A stretch of 62,715 nucleotides of DNA, filler included, from Globobulimina sp. (lineage: Eukaryota): assembly GCA_003354225.1 (NCBI GenBank). It is 47 parts of 47 records of this genome, joined end to end, with 100 filler letters (N's around TTAATTAATTAA, not from the genome) between each part and the next. Parts side by side here need not be neighbours in the genome. Positions count along the whole stretch, not along the records: positions 34,763 to 35,998 come from PIVH01020386.1; positions 36,099 to 37,334 come from PIVH01020387.1; positions 37,435 to 38,670 come from PIVH01020388.1; positions 38,771 to 40,006 come from PIVH01020389.1; positions 40,107 to 41,342 come from PIVH01020390.1; positions 41,443 to 42,678 come from PIVH01020391.1; positions 42,779 to 44,014 come from PIVH01020392.1; positions 44,115 to 45,350 come from PIVH01020393.1; 39 more parts are not named here. One strand, given 5' to 3'. The position numbers and the translations under genes are program-made. Numbering within the stretch: position 1 is the first letter of the stretch; each line of letters opens with the position of its first letter. The notes beneath the pieces are model-generated. The model made no database searches. It had not been told where the DNA came from and saw only the letters and a list, made by a program, of their open reading frames with translations. Positions 35,570 to 47,517 of the stretch are shown here, piece after piece.

Positions 35570-35998
35570 TTATTGCGCTAAGACATTGAAAGGAGCCATC
35601 AACACTCCGCATTGTCCCGCACCGCCGTTTTTTCCGCAATCCTTGCAAAGCCGGATATAGCCATCTTCGCCCCACGAGGCGCCCCACGAATTCTTAACTT
35701 TCCAATAGTTCATCTTCTGCGTCGAGTCAGTCCCATAGCCAACCACAGTCACTCCATGATTCAAGCCGGTGCCGCATTGCCCCGTAAACACTCCAGAACT
35801 GTAATTAATAAAATAATAGCTCGCCTCCACCCCCACAGCCTGACAGCCAGTGGCCACCGCAGACACCATCGCCGCCGAGTTCTTGGGCGGAACCGCCACA
35901 TATTTCGAGATTGGATCGTATTTCGCGCCGCAGTCGCCATCCGTTTCCGGCAATACTCCGTCTTTGCATATACCGATCTGTCCATTGCCCGACGTGTA
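35570..35998 (-). CDS. Papain-family (C1A) cysteine protease, C-terminal part
   Basis: LNHGVTVVGYG (catalytic His), YWKVKNSWGASWGEDGY (Asn) and GQCGV. Confidence 0.95.
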   Translation of the reverse strand, partial: YTSGNGQIGICKDGVLPETDGDCGAKYDPISKYVAVPPKNSAAMVSAVATGCQAVGVEASYYFINYSSGVFTGQCGTGLNHGVTVVGYGTDSTQKMNYWKVKNSWGASWGEDGYIRLCKDCGKNGGAGQCGVLMAPFNVLAQ

Positions 35999-36107
35999 NN
36001 NNNNNNNNNNNNNNNNNNNNNNNNNNNNNNNNNNNNNNNNNNTTAATTAATTAANNNNNNNNNNNNNNNNNNNNNNNNNNNNNNNNNNNNNNNNNNNNTG
36101 ACATGAA

Positions 36108-36318
36108 AAATATATATTTTTTCCAAATCAGATCAGCGAACAAATGAGATTGGTGCTGGAAACGGATTAACCCAGCGATGCATGCATGGTGGAACATTTA
36201 TTTGTTCGCTGATCTGATTTGAAATGAAATATATATATTTTTTCCAAATCAGATCAGCGAACTAATGAGATTGGTGATAAAAACGAATTAACCCAGCGAT
36301 GCATGCATGGTGGAACAT
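36108..36318. repeat. 121-nt tandem duplication containing a perfect 22-bp inverted repeat (MITE-like)
   Basis: caaatcagatcagcgaacaaat (36124-36145) is the reverse complement of 36200-36221. A second copy is offset by 121 nt and lacks the right arm. (TA)n tracts flank it. Confidence 0.85.
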
Positions 36319-37434
36319 GTCTTTGTAAACACAAACAAACACAATAATGTACCAGATTAACCAGGCTTTATATATACAAAAACTCACATGAACATGTAGC
36401 GAATATACGTATCTCTAAATATATCCTGTTTCTTTAATTTACGTCAGAACATGATAATAAAAAATAATATTCTCGTGATAATTTCGAAATTATAAATATG
36501 ATCATGTACATGTACATGTTGTTTCATGGGACATAAAATATAACAAAACAGATAATATAGATTCCTGAATGCAATACATCCATAATATAACATTAAAATA
36601 CCAACGAGAGACGAAACGATGATGACATTAACTTTAATAAGGTCCAATGCAGTTTTTCCCACAAACATCAAAAACAATGGATGCTTTGCCGAGCAAAGCG
36701 AGTTGTTTATCTATGGATATTATGGGTTCGTTTCGTTTTATGGTGAGCGAAGCGAACCATTTATTAGGATTCAATATTTATTATGGTATATGGCGGATAT
36801 AATTTATTATGGTATCTATGGCTTACAAAGCACATTCTCTTATTAGTGTGAAAGTTGCGGTCTTTACATATTTTCCGATTTTGTAGTATTAAATATTTTC
36901 GGATTTTAAAACAAAAACATTCAAAAATGAATTTCTGAAACGACCTATCTCGATACATCTCAGATACATCTCATATGTATCTATATGCATATTTTATTTT
37001 TTATCTCATATGTATCTGAGGCACGAAATATCACATATTACTGATATCAGAGAAATATTATTATTGATAAGTATGATTATGTGAGATCAGTGCCTGGCTC
37101 ATCCATGGTATTATTATCTGGATATTTTGGGGTCTGATTTGCTTTTAATGGCTATACAATATGGCAATTTATTATTTTGTTTTGTTTTTGTTTTCGTTTT
37201 TAAGTTTTGTAGTTTTTGTGATTGAAACATAAATATTTTTCAATTAAACACTTTGATAATGGCTTCTTTACGTAAGCCGAAAGCTCAGTGATTTTAAATC
37301 CTTTAGAGATTCAACTAATTCACACTATAATCTCNNNNNNNNNNNNNNNNNNNNNNNNNNNNNNNNNNNNNNNNNNNNTTAATTAATTAANNNNNNNNNN
37401 NNNNNNNNNNNNNNNNNNNNNNNNNNNNNNNNNN

Positions 37435-38670
37435 AGCCGCGGCCCCAACATCACCACCAATATAATTACAGCAACCAATTACCATCGACATTATTGCCCA
37501 CGTTACAAACCACGCAAAGTGTGCCCGGACCGCCCCAACAATACAACCTCCCGCAATTACACACCGGCAAAGTGGCGCAATCTGCATTTAATCCCACCTT
37601 TGCCCGCTCGCACAACGAGTCGCAAACTGAACAGTTATCGCCGATGATAGCGCCCCTAAACCCGCACGATATCCCCACTGCGCCCACCGATAATAATAGC
37701 AATTCCAACTCAGACATTCAGATTAATATCGACGAAGAATACGAGCAAAGGAAGCGTATTTGGGAAGTGATTAAAGTGCTATGCAAGGACCCAATTGCTG
37801 AGATATCGCGCAATGCGAATAAAGTCAAAAGTTACATGACCAGCGATCGGGTAAAGGCTTCACGAAGCCGCGCATTGTCTGATCCTGAGAAACATGCAAA
37901 GCTAATCAAGGAAAAAACTGCCTTGTTCAAAAGTGCAAATCAGAGTTCTGACGGTTTTATACAACGCGCAGCGAGTGACTGTGTTGTGGAAAACAAACAA
38001 AATGATATTATTAACAATGTGAAACAAAAAAAACCAAATCATAATAAGTCCAACACGATATTTGGTGCACTGTCTGGTGGCATCGGGTCGAAGCATAAAC
38101 GACAGAATAAAGCCAAGACGCATCGGAAAATAGCCTCCCATACATATGCCTATACGCCGCGGGAAAAGAAGAATATGAGAGGGAAGTCTGCGTTTTTTGT
38201 ATCGCATGACTCAGAATCATTGAAATCCGACGATCCGAATTGGAGCATACCGGATTCTCCGTTATTTTCGTGGTTGACTCAATATATATCGCGGCCTTTG
38301 ACCAATGCGATGTATGATGCGCCGGATCCACTGTATCATGAGTTGGATGCCAAGAATTTGCCGCTGATTGATCCCCGACTGACTATGAGCAACTTTTTCT
38401 ATCATCAGGAACAGCATAAATACGATCAAGAGCAGAGATTGGTGGCCAAGCGCTATGAGGAAAATTCAGTCATGAATCAGAATAATAATACGAACAATAA
38501 TGAAGAATCCGACTATTTATACGGCGTGGGATCACGTGGTTCGATCTCGGAGTACTTTCGAAGTGGCGGCGCAAGTTCGAATTCGTATAAGTTGCGCTAT
38601 AACGAAATGAATGAGACATTGGCATTGAATTATATACGTTTAGCGGCTATTCGATCGTGGGAGACTCGTA
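37435..38670 (+). CDS. Raptor/KOG1-like protein, middle region between HEAT and WD40 domains
   Basis: IWEVIKVLCKDPIAEISRNANKV and SPLFSWLTQYISRPL resemble the Raptor motifs IWxxLxxLxxDPxxEV and SxFxDWSxxYFxxP. Confidence 0.6.
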
Positions 38671-38970
38671 NNNNNNNNNNNNNNNNNNNNNNNNNNNNNN
38701 NNNNNNNNNNNNNNTTAATTAATTAANNNNNNNNNNNNNNNNNNNNNNNNNNNNNNNNNNNNNNNNNNNNAGTCAATCTTGTTTGGATTTATCCATTTAT
38801 TGTCCTCCAAATTCAAATGGAGTTAAAAATTGTTTGGTTGAGGGTATATACTATATACATTGTGTCCGTGCACAGTTACAGATTTCTAGTGCAGTGTCGG
38901 ATTTATATTTCTAACATTTCCAACACAGCACGGAAATCTATATCGTGTGCGCGGGTAACATGAATCTATT

Positions 38971-40006
38971 ATGTACTTTTATACAGGAAACAACAATTTA
39001 GGATCAACTTCGCAATCCGATGGAATAAAACTATATTTGATCAATGGTTGGAATGATATCGAAATTGATTACAATGGTTCATTTAATACAAATAATGATT
39101 ACAATCATTTCGGCACAATGTACTGCACTGAAAATTATAACATGCACTGTGCGATTGCATTAAATGACTGGTCATGTTTGAACAAAGAAACTTATTGTAA
39201 CGATCCCACTGCTCATTCACCATCAACAACAACTACATCCACTACATCCACAAATGATGATTCTGTAATCGTTCTGCGCCTGAAAATGAATAAAGTGTTG
39301 CTTCAGATAATACTGTCATTAGTTTTATTGACTTGTGTCATGGTTGCATGTTGTGTATGGTATAAAATAGTATGTGTAAACAAACAAACTCAAGAAAAAG
39401 CTGATACAACTGATAATGTAACGGATAATCGAGAAGTTGGTATTGGTGCTGATGCCGTCTGTGTAAATGGTATTGTTCCTGGTTCTAATGCATCATTCTC
39501 GCATTCATCGGCAGTTAATACAGTTAATACAATACCATCCATTGCAAACAATATATCTTCATCCATACGTCCTAAAGACAGACGTCATATATCTGTTCCA
39601 TCGAAATCCTCGGCATTGATGTCGGCTGTTGGGCAAAATAAAGATCTAAATCCATTATCTACAGGTCTCGCACCACCATTGGTTCAAGCAAGAAAAGCAA
39701 GTTTTTCATCACTTTCTGCACATTCTGCATATTCAGCACATTCAGGGCGTCGTGATACAGATGTAGCTGACATAAATATATTACAATTGGAGGGAAGTAT
39801 TCGATATATTTCTGATGATGACATTCAAAGTGAATTGCCAGAATCTCCGGAAAATAAGGATGAAAATTCAGACAGTGACTTGTATATTCCACATACACAA
39901 AGTCCTCAACATACACCGTATGGAACGCCATGTCACACACCACAACAGTCCGCGGAGTTAAAAAATAATAATGAGATGCGTGATGATAGTGATAGGTGTA
40001 TACAAC
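38971..40006 (+). CDS. Type I membrane protein with Cys-rich ectodomain and S-rich tail, partial
   Basis: GTMYC..NY..HC.....WSC...YC, T-rich linker, TM IILSLVLLTCVMVACCVWY. Confidence 0.7.
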
Positions 40007-40106
40007 NNNNNNNNNNNNNNNNNNNNNNNNNNNNNNNNNNNNNNNNNNNNTTAATTAATTAANNNNNNNNNNNNNNNNNNNNNNNNNNNNNNNNNNNNNN
40101 NNNNNN

Positions 40107-41342
40107 AGATATTTGCGCTTTTAATTGTTTTAATTCCAGCTCTAAATATTCAGCATGAAAACACTTATCTTGCAATAATTGTAACTCTGCTTGCAATTCA
40201 ATAATCTGTTCATCTTTTAATTCAATCTCTTTTTGTAACTGTTTAATCACCAAATTATCGAATTGTCCGCACAATATTTGCTCTTTCAAGGCCAGTGGCA
40301 ATTTATTGATCAACATATGAGGCGGTGTTGGTGGTGGTGCAGCCGCAGTTTTTTCCACATTTTTGATTGTTTGGATAATATTTTGTTTTTGTTTCTGTCG
40401 CATATAACCATGTCGTTGCACATATAATTGCTGAATATTGGTTGGATCAATTATTGTTTTCATATTCTTGCTTTTATTCCATTTCCGTGATATTGTAGCT
40501 TTAGATGCCACTGAATTGGTATCTGTAGTCACAGTTTGCTTGTTCCACGGTGTTATTTGCCCGACTTTCCGCACTAAAAATCGTTTCTGGCGATCTTTGC
40601 GAAGATTATAAACATGTAAATGTGGGTACAAATTCTTTGGATATGGCAATATTGTTTTGGGTTTTTTAACTGTTTGAGGTGTTCTTGGTTTTGATTCGGA
40701 TTTCGAGGCTGGATTTAAGTGTGTTTGGATTGCATTTGAATTTGCTGCATTAATATTTTCATTATTGCCGGCTGATGAATTCGAACTAGATCCAGTGTGG
40801 TTGTATGGTATTAACTCGTCGTCGGAATTTATTTCAATGTTAAATGCCTGTTTGTATTCATCTAAATCATTTTCGTTTGATACTACTTTGGGAGAATTTT
40901 TGTTTGATTTTGCTGCATTGATACTGTTTGCATTTGCTGTGTTGTGTTGTGAGTCAATATTTGAACCAACATTAGCGTATTCCATTAAGTCTGCTTCATT
41001 TATATCAATATTAAGACCACCGTATGGCTTTCTTTCTGATGCATTATCGACGCTATTGGCATTGCTGTATCTTTGTGAATAGTGGTGTGATGAGACGGAA
41101 CGATATGAAACAGAATGTGAGGTTTCTTTGGCTTTGATTTGTATTGGTAAGGTGGATGAAGTGGATTTCAAAACAGATGATTTGGATGATGCATGCGTTG
41201 AAATGTTTCGGTAAGCTTTTTTTGCTTTGATGTTTATAGGCAAGGTGGATGCCGTAGATTTTAAAACCGAACTGCTTTGACTACTGACACTTCTATTAGC
41301 TCTTCGTAAACGCTTTCGTCTCGAATGTTTATAACTTGGTTT
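40107..41342 (-). CDS. Low-complexity protein with C-terminal coiled coil, internal fragment
   Basis: About 400 open codons, S/N-rich, with heptads IKQLQKEIELKDEQIIELQAEL. Confidence 0.65.
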
Positions 41343-41442
41343 NNNNNNNNNNNNNNNNNNNNNNNNNNNNNNNNNNNNNNNNNNNNTTAATTAATTAANN
41401 NNNNNNNNNNNNNNNNNNNNNNNNNNNNNNNNNNNNNNNNNN

Positions 41443-42635
41443 CTTCGTAACCATGGCAATCTAACCATACTGTACCAGTGTCAGTTGGAGCAACAGCTTA
41501 AAACTGATCAGAGAATGCAAGAGTTTTTTCGTACATGTGACACAATGATCAAGGAACCACTTGCACCACGGTATTTGGAACAGTAAATCTTCATATCTGA
41601 ACATCTGTTTTTAGCGCTGCTTTGTATGGTGGTCGGGTGGAATGTGCTATAGCATTGATGGAGTTGTCGCCAGAAATGATAGCCGAAGGATATAAAATTG
41701 GTTATCTTGACTTTACGAGTCTTTATCCAAGTGTATGAAATAGCTATAGATCACATATTTTGCAAATAATTTTCAATTTCAGGTCATGTATGAATCTCAG
41801 TATCCAGTTGGTTCGAATAAATTAAAAATTTTATTGATGTTTTTTTTGTTTCTAATTCGTTTTTAACTGCAGGAAAACCAAAAATATACAAAGCAACTGA
41901 TCTTCCAAATTATGGTCGTTTCATGGATCCGCTGGAAATCAAGAAATTCTATGGACTAGTGTATCTAAAGACGACACCACCACGTACAGCCCTGCACTTC
42001 CCTGTACTACCTCGCAGAGCTAATGATGGAACCTTGGTAAAGCTTCGTTTATTTTAACTATTTATTATATTATTTTCAGATCTTTTCGCTTTGTCATATA
42101 TGTAGTGAACAAAGGTTGATCCATAAGGAATGTCATCATACAGACGTACTATTAGTTTTTTGTTTAATACTTCTTGCATTACACCAACTATATTTATAGG
42201 AAGAACGCAGTTGGGAAGCCGTGTACACAACCATTGAGTATGCACAAGCTATTGACAGAGGTATGTATATTTTTTTATGAAACAAATCACAGAAAATGTT
42301 TCACAGGTTACCAAACACCACAAATTCATGAAGTTTGGCATTTTGATGAACGAGTTCCGGCCAGTGATGGTGAAAAAGGTTTATTTGAAGAATATGTGCG
42401 TCATTTCTTAAAATTAAAAATGGAAATTTATTTTTTACTTTAAAAACAAAAACTATCCTTATATGTATTGAAAGGTATCCTCTCCCATACCAGTTGAATA
42501 TGGAACCAGCGAACAGGGAAATCAAACTTTCAGTGACGAAATCAATGAAAGATATGGTTTTAATGTCAAACCTGATGATCTACAACCGAATGCAGCACTG
42601 CGCAGTCTGGCAAAACTAATACTAAATAATCTCTG
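41443..42635 (+). mobile_element. Polinton/Maverick-type protein-primed DNA polymerase B (pPolB) fragment with ~8 short spliceosomal introns
   Basis: Exons 41443-41570, 41615-41732, 41783-41810, 41873-42036, 42080-42145, 42200-42260, 42307-42422 and 42475-42635 splice in frame. Product: PLAPRAALYGGRVE, YLDFTSLYPSVM..YPVGKP (motif A), FYGL..PP...FPVLP, FSLCHIC...CHHTDEER, IHEVWHF, LFEEYVRHFLKLK, NAALRSLAKLILNNLW (motif B). Confidence 0.9.
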
Positions 42636-42778
42636 GTATGAATAATGGTATTCCTGAAATAATGCAAGATTATTTATTNNNNNNNNNNNNNNNNNNNNNN
42701 NNNNNNNNNNNNNNNNNNNNNNTTAATTAATTAANNNNNNNNNNNNNNNNNNNNNNNNNNNNNNNNNNNNNNNNNNNN

Positions 42779-43002
42779 TCTCCAGTACGTTCTTCTTTAT
42801 TACCATTTGGATATAATAATATGCTCCAACTCATATTTCGCATTACAAATGGCTTACTTTCAAATAATTTGCCATTTCCAGCATTTAATATATTTCTAAT
42901 TAATGATTTATCATTTATCAACCATGTATAACTGCCACTATTTGGCCCCGTAAACCCAATACTTTGGCTATATTCGCTAGTATCCAACTTTTCGCCAGCC
43001 AT
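42779..43002 (-). CDS. MATH-domain protein, N-terminal part
   Basis: SYTWLI...FESKPF...SWSILLYPNG matches MATH beta-strand motifs. Confidence 0.8.
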
Positions 43003-43138
43003 TCAAAATGCTTTCATCAAACGAAAAACATTTATATATATACTTTAGAACAGCATTTATTTGAAACACCTCGCGTCAGTTATCAATGTGATATATCGCG
43101 ATCGTTCACTTATCTCGTTTCTCCAATAAGAAGCCGCT

Positions 43139-43774
43139 ATGCAGCTGGATTTCCATCAAGAACTAAAACGATGGTTGTCCAGCTTTATGGACAGTACAAC
43201 AACAGAAAATATCCAATTGTACACAGCAATGGTTAAGTCATCATACGCTATCAGTCCCACAGAAAGATATGCAATATTTGCAAGATCTAAATCAAGATAT
43301 GCCGACATGTATATCCATTTTGGATCTACTTTACCAATGGATGTGATCAGAGATTCTACATTTTATAATGACAGGAATATTGTTAATGGACATATTGCCA
43401 TACTTCAAAATTTACAAGAAAAACACCAACAAATCCATCGAAACATATCGATATCGCAATATAACGGTAACTTAAAAAAGAAAGAATTTTATGGTCATTG
43501 CACCTTTGATAATTGCGTAGTTATGCGAAGATTCCATTGTTTGTCGGTCGGGTATGCTAAGAGCAAAAGTAAGGAGGCCACAAATTGTGTTGTCCTTAGA
43601 CAAATATCTCAAATCACTGCCATGTATCTACTATGCGACGTCGACGGATGTAAATTAAATCAAGATTTGAATGCACTGCTTTCAAGATCCACCACATTGA
43701 CATCAAAAGATACCGCGCAGTTTATCGTTTGCTTTAGGAAACATATATGCGATTATATGAAAACGGTAATATGA
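43139..43774 (+). CDS. Hypothetical protein
   Basis: 211-aa ORF; C...NC...RR motif; no family recognised. Confidence 0.5.
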   Translation: MQLDFHQELKRWLSSFMDSTTTENIQLYTAMVKSSYAISPTERYAIFARSKSRYADMYIHFGSTLPMDVIRDSTFYNDRNIVNGHIAILQNLQEKHQQIHRNISISQYNGNLKKKEFYGHCTFDNCVVMRRFHCLSVGYAKSKSKEATNCVVLRQISQITAMYLLCDVDGCKLNQDLNALLSRSTTLTSKDTAQFIVCFRKHICDYMKTVI

Positions 43775-43790
43775 CTCACCAATGCATTGG

Positions 43791-43920
43791 ATAACCCCCC
43801 TTTGTATACCGAAAATTCAATTATAAATTTGTTCTGACTTTGTTTCTGGATTTGCAAAGCGTTTCTCAGATAATTGAATAAAATGTATACAACTTATCGA
43901 CCAGGGGGAGGGGGGGTTAT
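43791..43920. repeat. MITE-like hairpin element with 10-bp perfect inverted ends ATAACCCCCC/GGGGGGTTAT
   Basis: Nested inverted pairs ttgtatac/gtatacaa and attcaattat (43815-43824)/ataattgaat (43870-43879). Homologous copy at 2675-2863; flank similarity at 33294-33325. Confidence 0.8.
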
Positions 43921-44114
43921 ATTTTGGAATATATCGTTGAACAGAAATTGACTAATTTTTGGCTTTGCAAACTGAAAATACATTCAGCGACAACACATTT
44001 GCATAAATTATTAANNNNNNNNNNNNNNNNNNNNNNNNNNNNNNNNNNNNNNNNNNNNTTAATTAATTAANNNNNNNNNNNNNNNNNNNNNNNNNNNNNN
44101 NNNNNNNNNNNNNN

Positions 44115-45115
44115 GCTATGTATTTGAATTGATATCACCATCGAGACGCGTCTATATATTGCAAGCACAATCCAGCGAGGATTATATTGCATGGTGCTCG
44201 ATAATAAAAAACCAGGTTCACCGGCTTTTGCGCAAAAACACAAGTTATATGCAAGTGCCTAAGGAGAATAATGAGACGATCTACAATGATAAATCGGAAA
44301 AGAGGGAGCTAAAAAGCTTGATTAGTGGCTCAAACAGTAAGTGCGCAGATTGCGGCAAGAATACACCAGAATGGGTCTCCATCAATACGGGCGTAGTGAT
44401 ATGCATTGATTGCTGCGGCATCCATCGCGGCCTCGGCACTCATATCAGCAAAGTCCGCTCATTGATATTAGACGACATCAATAAATCGGTTTTGTCATCC
44501 ATTTTAGTTTTGGGCGGCAATGACAAGATCAATGACATTCTGGTCAATACCATACCGTCCGATTATAATACGATAAACAGTCAGAGCACAAATGAAGAGA
44601 AGGAAAAGTATATTAAAGGCAAATATATGTTTAAAATGTTTATTGATCCCAATAAAAATAAGGAAATGTCGTATCAGGCAATAAATGAGAAATTATATGA
44701 TGGCGCAGTAAATAATGACTTATTGAATATATTTGAGGCCCTTTGTTACGGCGCTCAAATTGATTACCAATTTGAGCATCATTTGAATAGAACGGCATTA
44801 CATGAGACCTCATTAGCGAATTTTGTTGAAGCCACTGAATTTTTGCTACAAAATGGTGCCAATCAAAATATTGAAGACGATGATAGTTTCGTTGCCCGGG
44901 AATTGGCTGAGAATGCGGAGTGTAATGACGTTTTAGCAATCTTAGAATATCATGTCGGGTTTGATACTTTGCAATATAATAAAACTAAAAGAAAGGAACA
45001 AAAAAGTAATCTCCAATCACAATCACCTTCAAATAACTCAAATAACTCAAACAACTCAATCAATCAATCACCACCAACTGATATTGTTGACTCTGTTTCT
45101 TTGTCGCAAAAATAA
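44115..45115 (+). CDS. ArfGAP with PH and ankyrin domains (ACAP/centaurin-beta-like), C-terminal part
   Basis: End of PH domain (YILQAQS..DY..W), CADCG...PEWVSINTGVVICIDCCGIHRGLGTHISKVRSL, and ankyrin RTALH...FLLQNGA. Confidence 0.93.
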
Positions 45116-45450
45116 AACTGTGTCTCTTATCTCTTTGTGTATATATCGATATATCGATCATAATTCATATTATCTTGAAAATCACAAATTGATTTCTTAA
45201 TTGATTTCTTAGTGTTTTGAAGAAGAAGACACTTGTGAAGTTTTGGAAATGTTCGCCACAAACTTCAATTATTTCAAACAATCAATCTCAAACCAACGCC
45301 ATAAACCAGTTCTCGTATCATATTGAAACTCATCCCACCCATTTTCGCGANNNNNNNNNNNNNNNNNNNNNNNNNNNNNNNNNNNNNNNNNNNNTTAATT
45401 AATTAANNNNNNNNNNNNNNNNNNNNNNNNNNNNNNNNNNNNNNNNNNNN

Positions 45451-46610
45451 TTTTGATCAAATTCGTCCAAGATTTCCTGCGCATATTCATCATCGATATT
45501 TTTGTTATTCATTTGTTGTTGTTGCTGTTGCTCGTTTTGTTGTTGATTGGTATCACCGATAATAAATCGCAATAATGTGATGGCTGAGGTATAATTTGAT
45601 AAATTACTTAACTCCTTATGATGATACACGGATATTATATTATGGATCCCTAAGGAGGCACCGCCATGGAACAATTGTTCACATTCAGATGGATTATTGC
45701 TAAAAATGGATATATTTAAATAAAAGGGAGTGCTCCATCCCACATTATTGGTATCTAACTCCAACACAATGCCGTCTCTCTCCTGTATTGGCATATGAAT
45801 GAGCGAGATATTCTTGCTCGTCGTACAAGAGGTTGGTCCATAAAATGAGGTATTGAACTTATTAAATAATATCGGTTTCGACACATTGTGATAATAAAAC
45901 TTTTGCTTTTTTTTTACCTTCATAAAAGAGCCATTATTGCCAAAGGAGGCTTGCGTATAAATATCTGTACCAAAGGCAATTATCGCAGTATATAACAGTT
46001 TGCCCCAATTATAAAATACATTATAATGTCGATATCGACAATCGGAATCTGTCTCATTTATATTGCTTATCTTAAAGTAGGTACTCATCAATGAACAGCG
46101 TAGCTCTTCGCATAAACAATAAATCAGCAATGCACGACACATTTCCTCACTCATATACTCATTGGCTTGGTAGATTTTGGGATCTAATTCGAACGAGACC
46201 GCAGAAGCCAAGTCATGCACTCGGCGCGCTTTTAACAATTTGCCACAAAATGTACTCAATAATATCGATGCACGTAACGATATGATATCAAATTGCCGTT
46301 TACTTAAAGCACACGTATCATGCGATAACATCTCTTGTTTAAATGAGTAATATTTGCAGGGACCATACATCTTAAACGCACGTTGATATATATTATGCTC
46401 CATATCCACACCAAACGAATAATTGGTATATTCATACATTTGTGCGGTATCATTATATTTTACATCATTTTCGTAGTGATTCTTATGGCTGTTATAAGTG
46501 GGCGTTTTATTCGGCCGATATCCATTACCAATCCCTTCTAACAATGGATTATTTGCTTTGTTGTTGTTATTATTGCCCATATTATTGCCCATTGGGGTGG
46601 CCATATCCAT
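45451..46610 (-). CDS. Lineage-specific protein with ADP-ribosyltransferase-like (x-STS-ExE) domain, partial
   Basis: ALLIYC, FYNWGKLL, then YYHNV ... FYGPTSCTT ... GIVLEL ... IFS.NPSECEQLF.GG in the order expected for an ART fold. Confidence 0.55.
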
Positions 46611-47517
46611 TGGTTTATAAGGTATGTGATGATAGGGATGGATATTTGTGATATATCGATTTTGAGTAAATTTCTGCTTCCGCGTGNNNNNNNNNNNNNN
46701 NNNNNNNNNNNNNNNNNNNNNNNNNNNNNNTTAATTAATTAANNNNNNNNNNNNNNNNNNNNNNNNNNNNNNNNNNNNNNNNNNNNAAAGTGTATATATA
46801 TATATATATTTTAAATCAAATCAATTTGTATAGTTTTCCATTTGTATTATCACGGATCGCGTATAAATTAACCTAATGAGACTATAATCAGCAATGCACA
46901 TATTGTTAATTGGAACAACATGATATTAATTTTGTATTCGATTTGCTTTTGCTTTGTTAAATTTGTTGTGGAGGGGTTAGTTAAAGAGGAAAGAAAAATG
47001 TTTGTTGAGGTTTGATTAAAAAACAAAAAACTTTTTCACTGGATAAAATATCCTCTCTTTATAATTAATTTTTAAGTATACACTTTGTGCAGATCGATAC
47101 GGTTATTGGGAATAACAATTCAATTTTAATAATTATTTATACCTCTACGGTATTCAAATTAAATATTTATTTTTAATTTGTGTATCGTTCTGTGCCACCT
47201 TTTGAGTGACCAGTATATATGAGTTTGATGAATATGAACAATTTGGTGTTTCTGCTGTGTGTTTCTGTTGATAGTACATATATACTATTCACGGCTCACA
47301 CCGGATACTCACATCGGATATTAACCTGCAGAAACGTTCTAGCCACAACCATTTCACAGGAAACTAGTGCCGTTGTGTCTTTGCTACGCATCACAAGTCA
47401 ATAGGAATTCGGTTTGAGTCAATTTTCAAATAATAAAAAGTTACAAGCGCAAAAATTAAATAATAACCCCGAACAAATACATTTGTCAGTTGTCACAACA
47501 AAAAACTTTTCTTCACT

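Noticed and set aside
16045-42678. dNK, capsid module, tyrosine recombinase and pPolB as one integrated virus or new system
   Set aside because: They lie on four separate contigs ordered only by length and differ in composition and intron content; there is no evidence of linkage.
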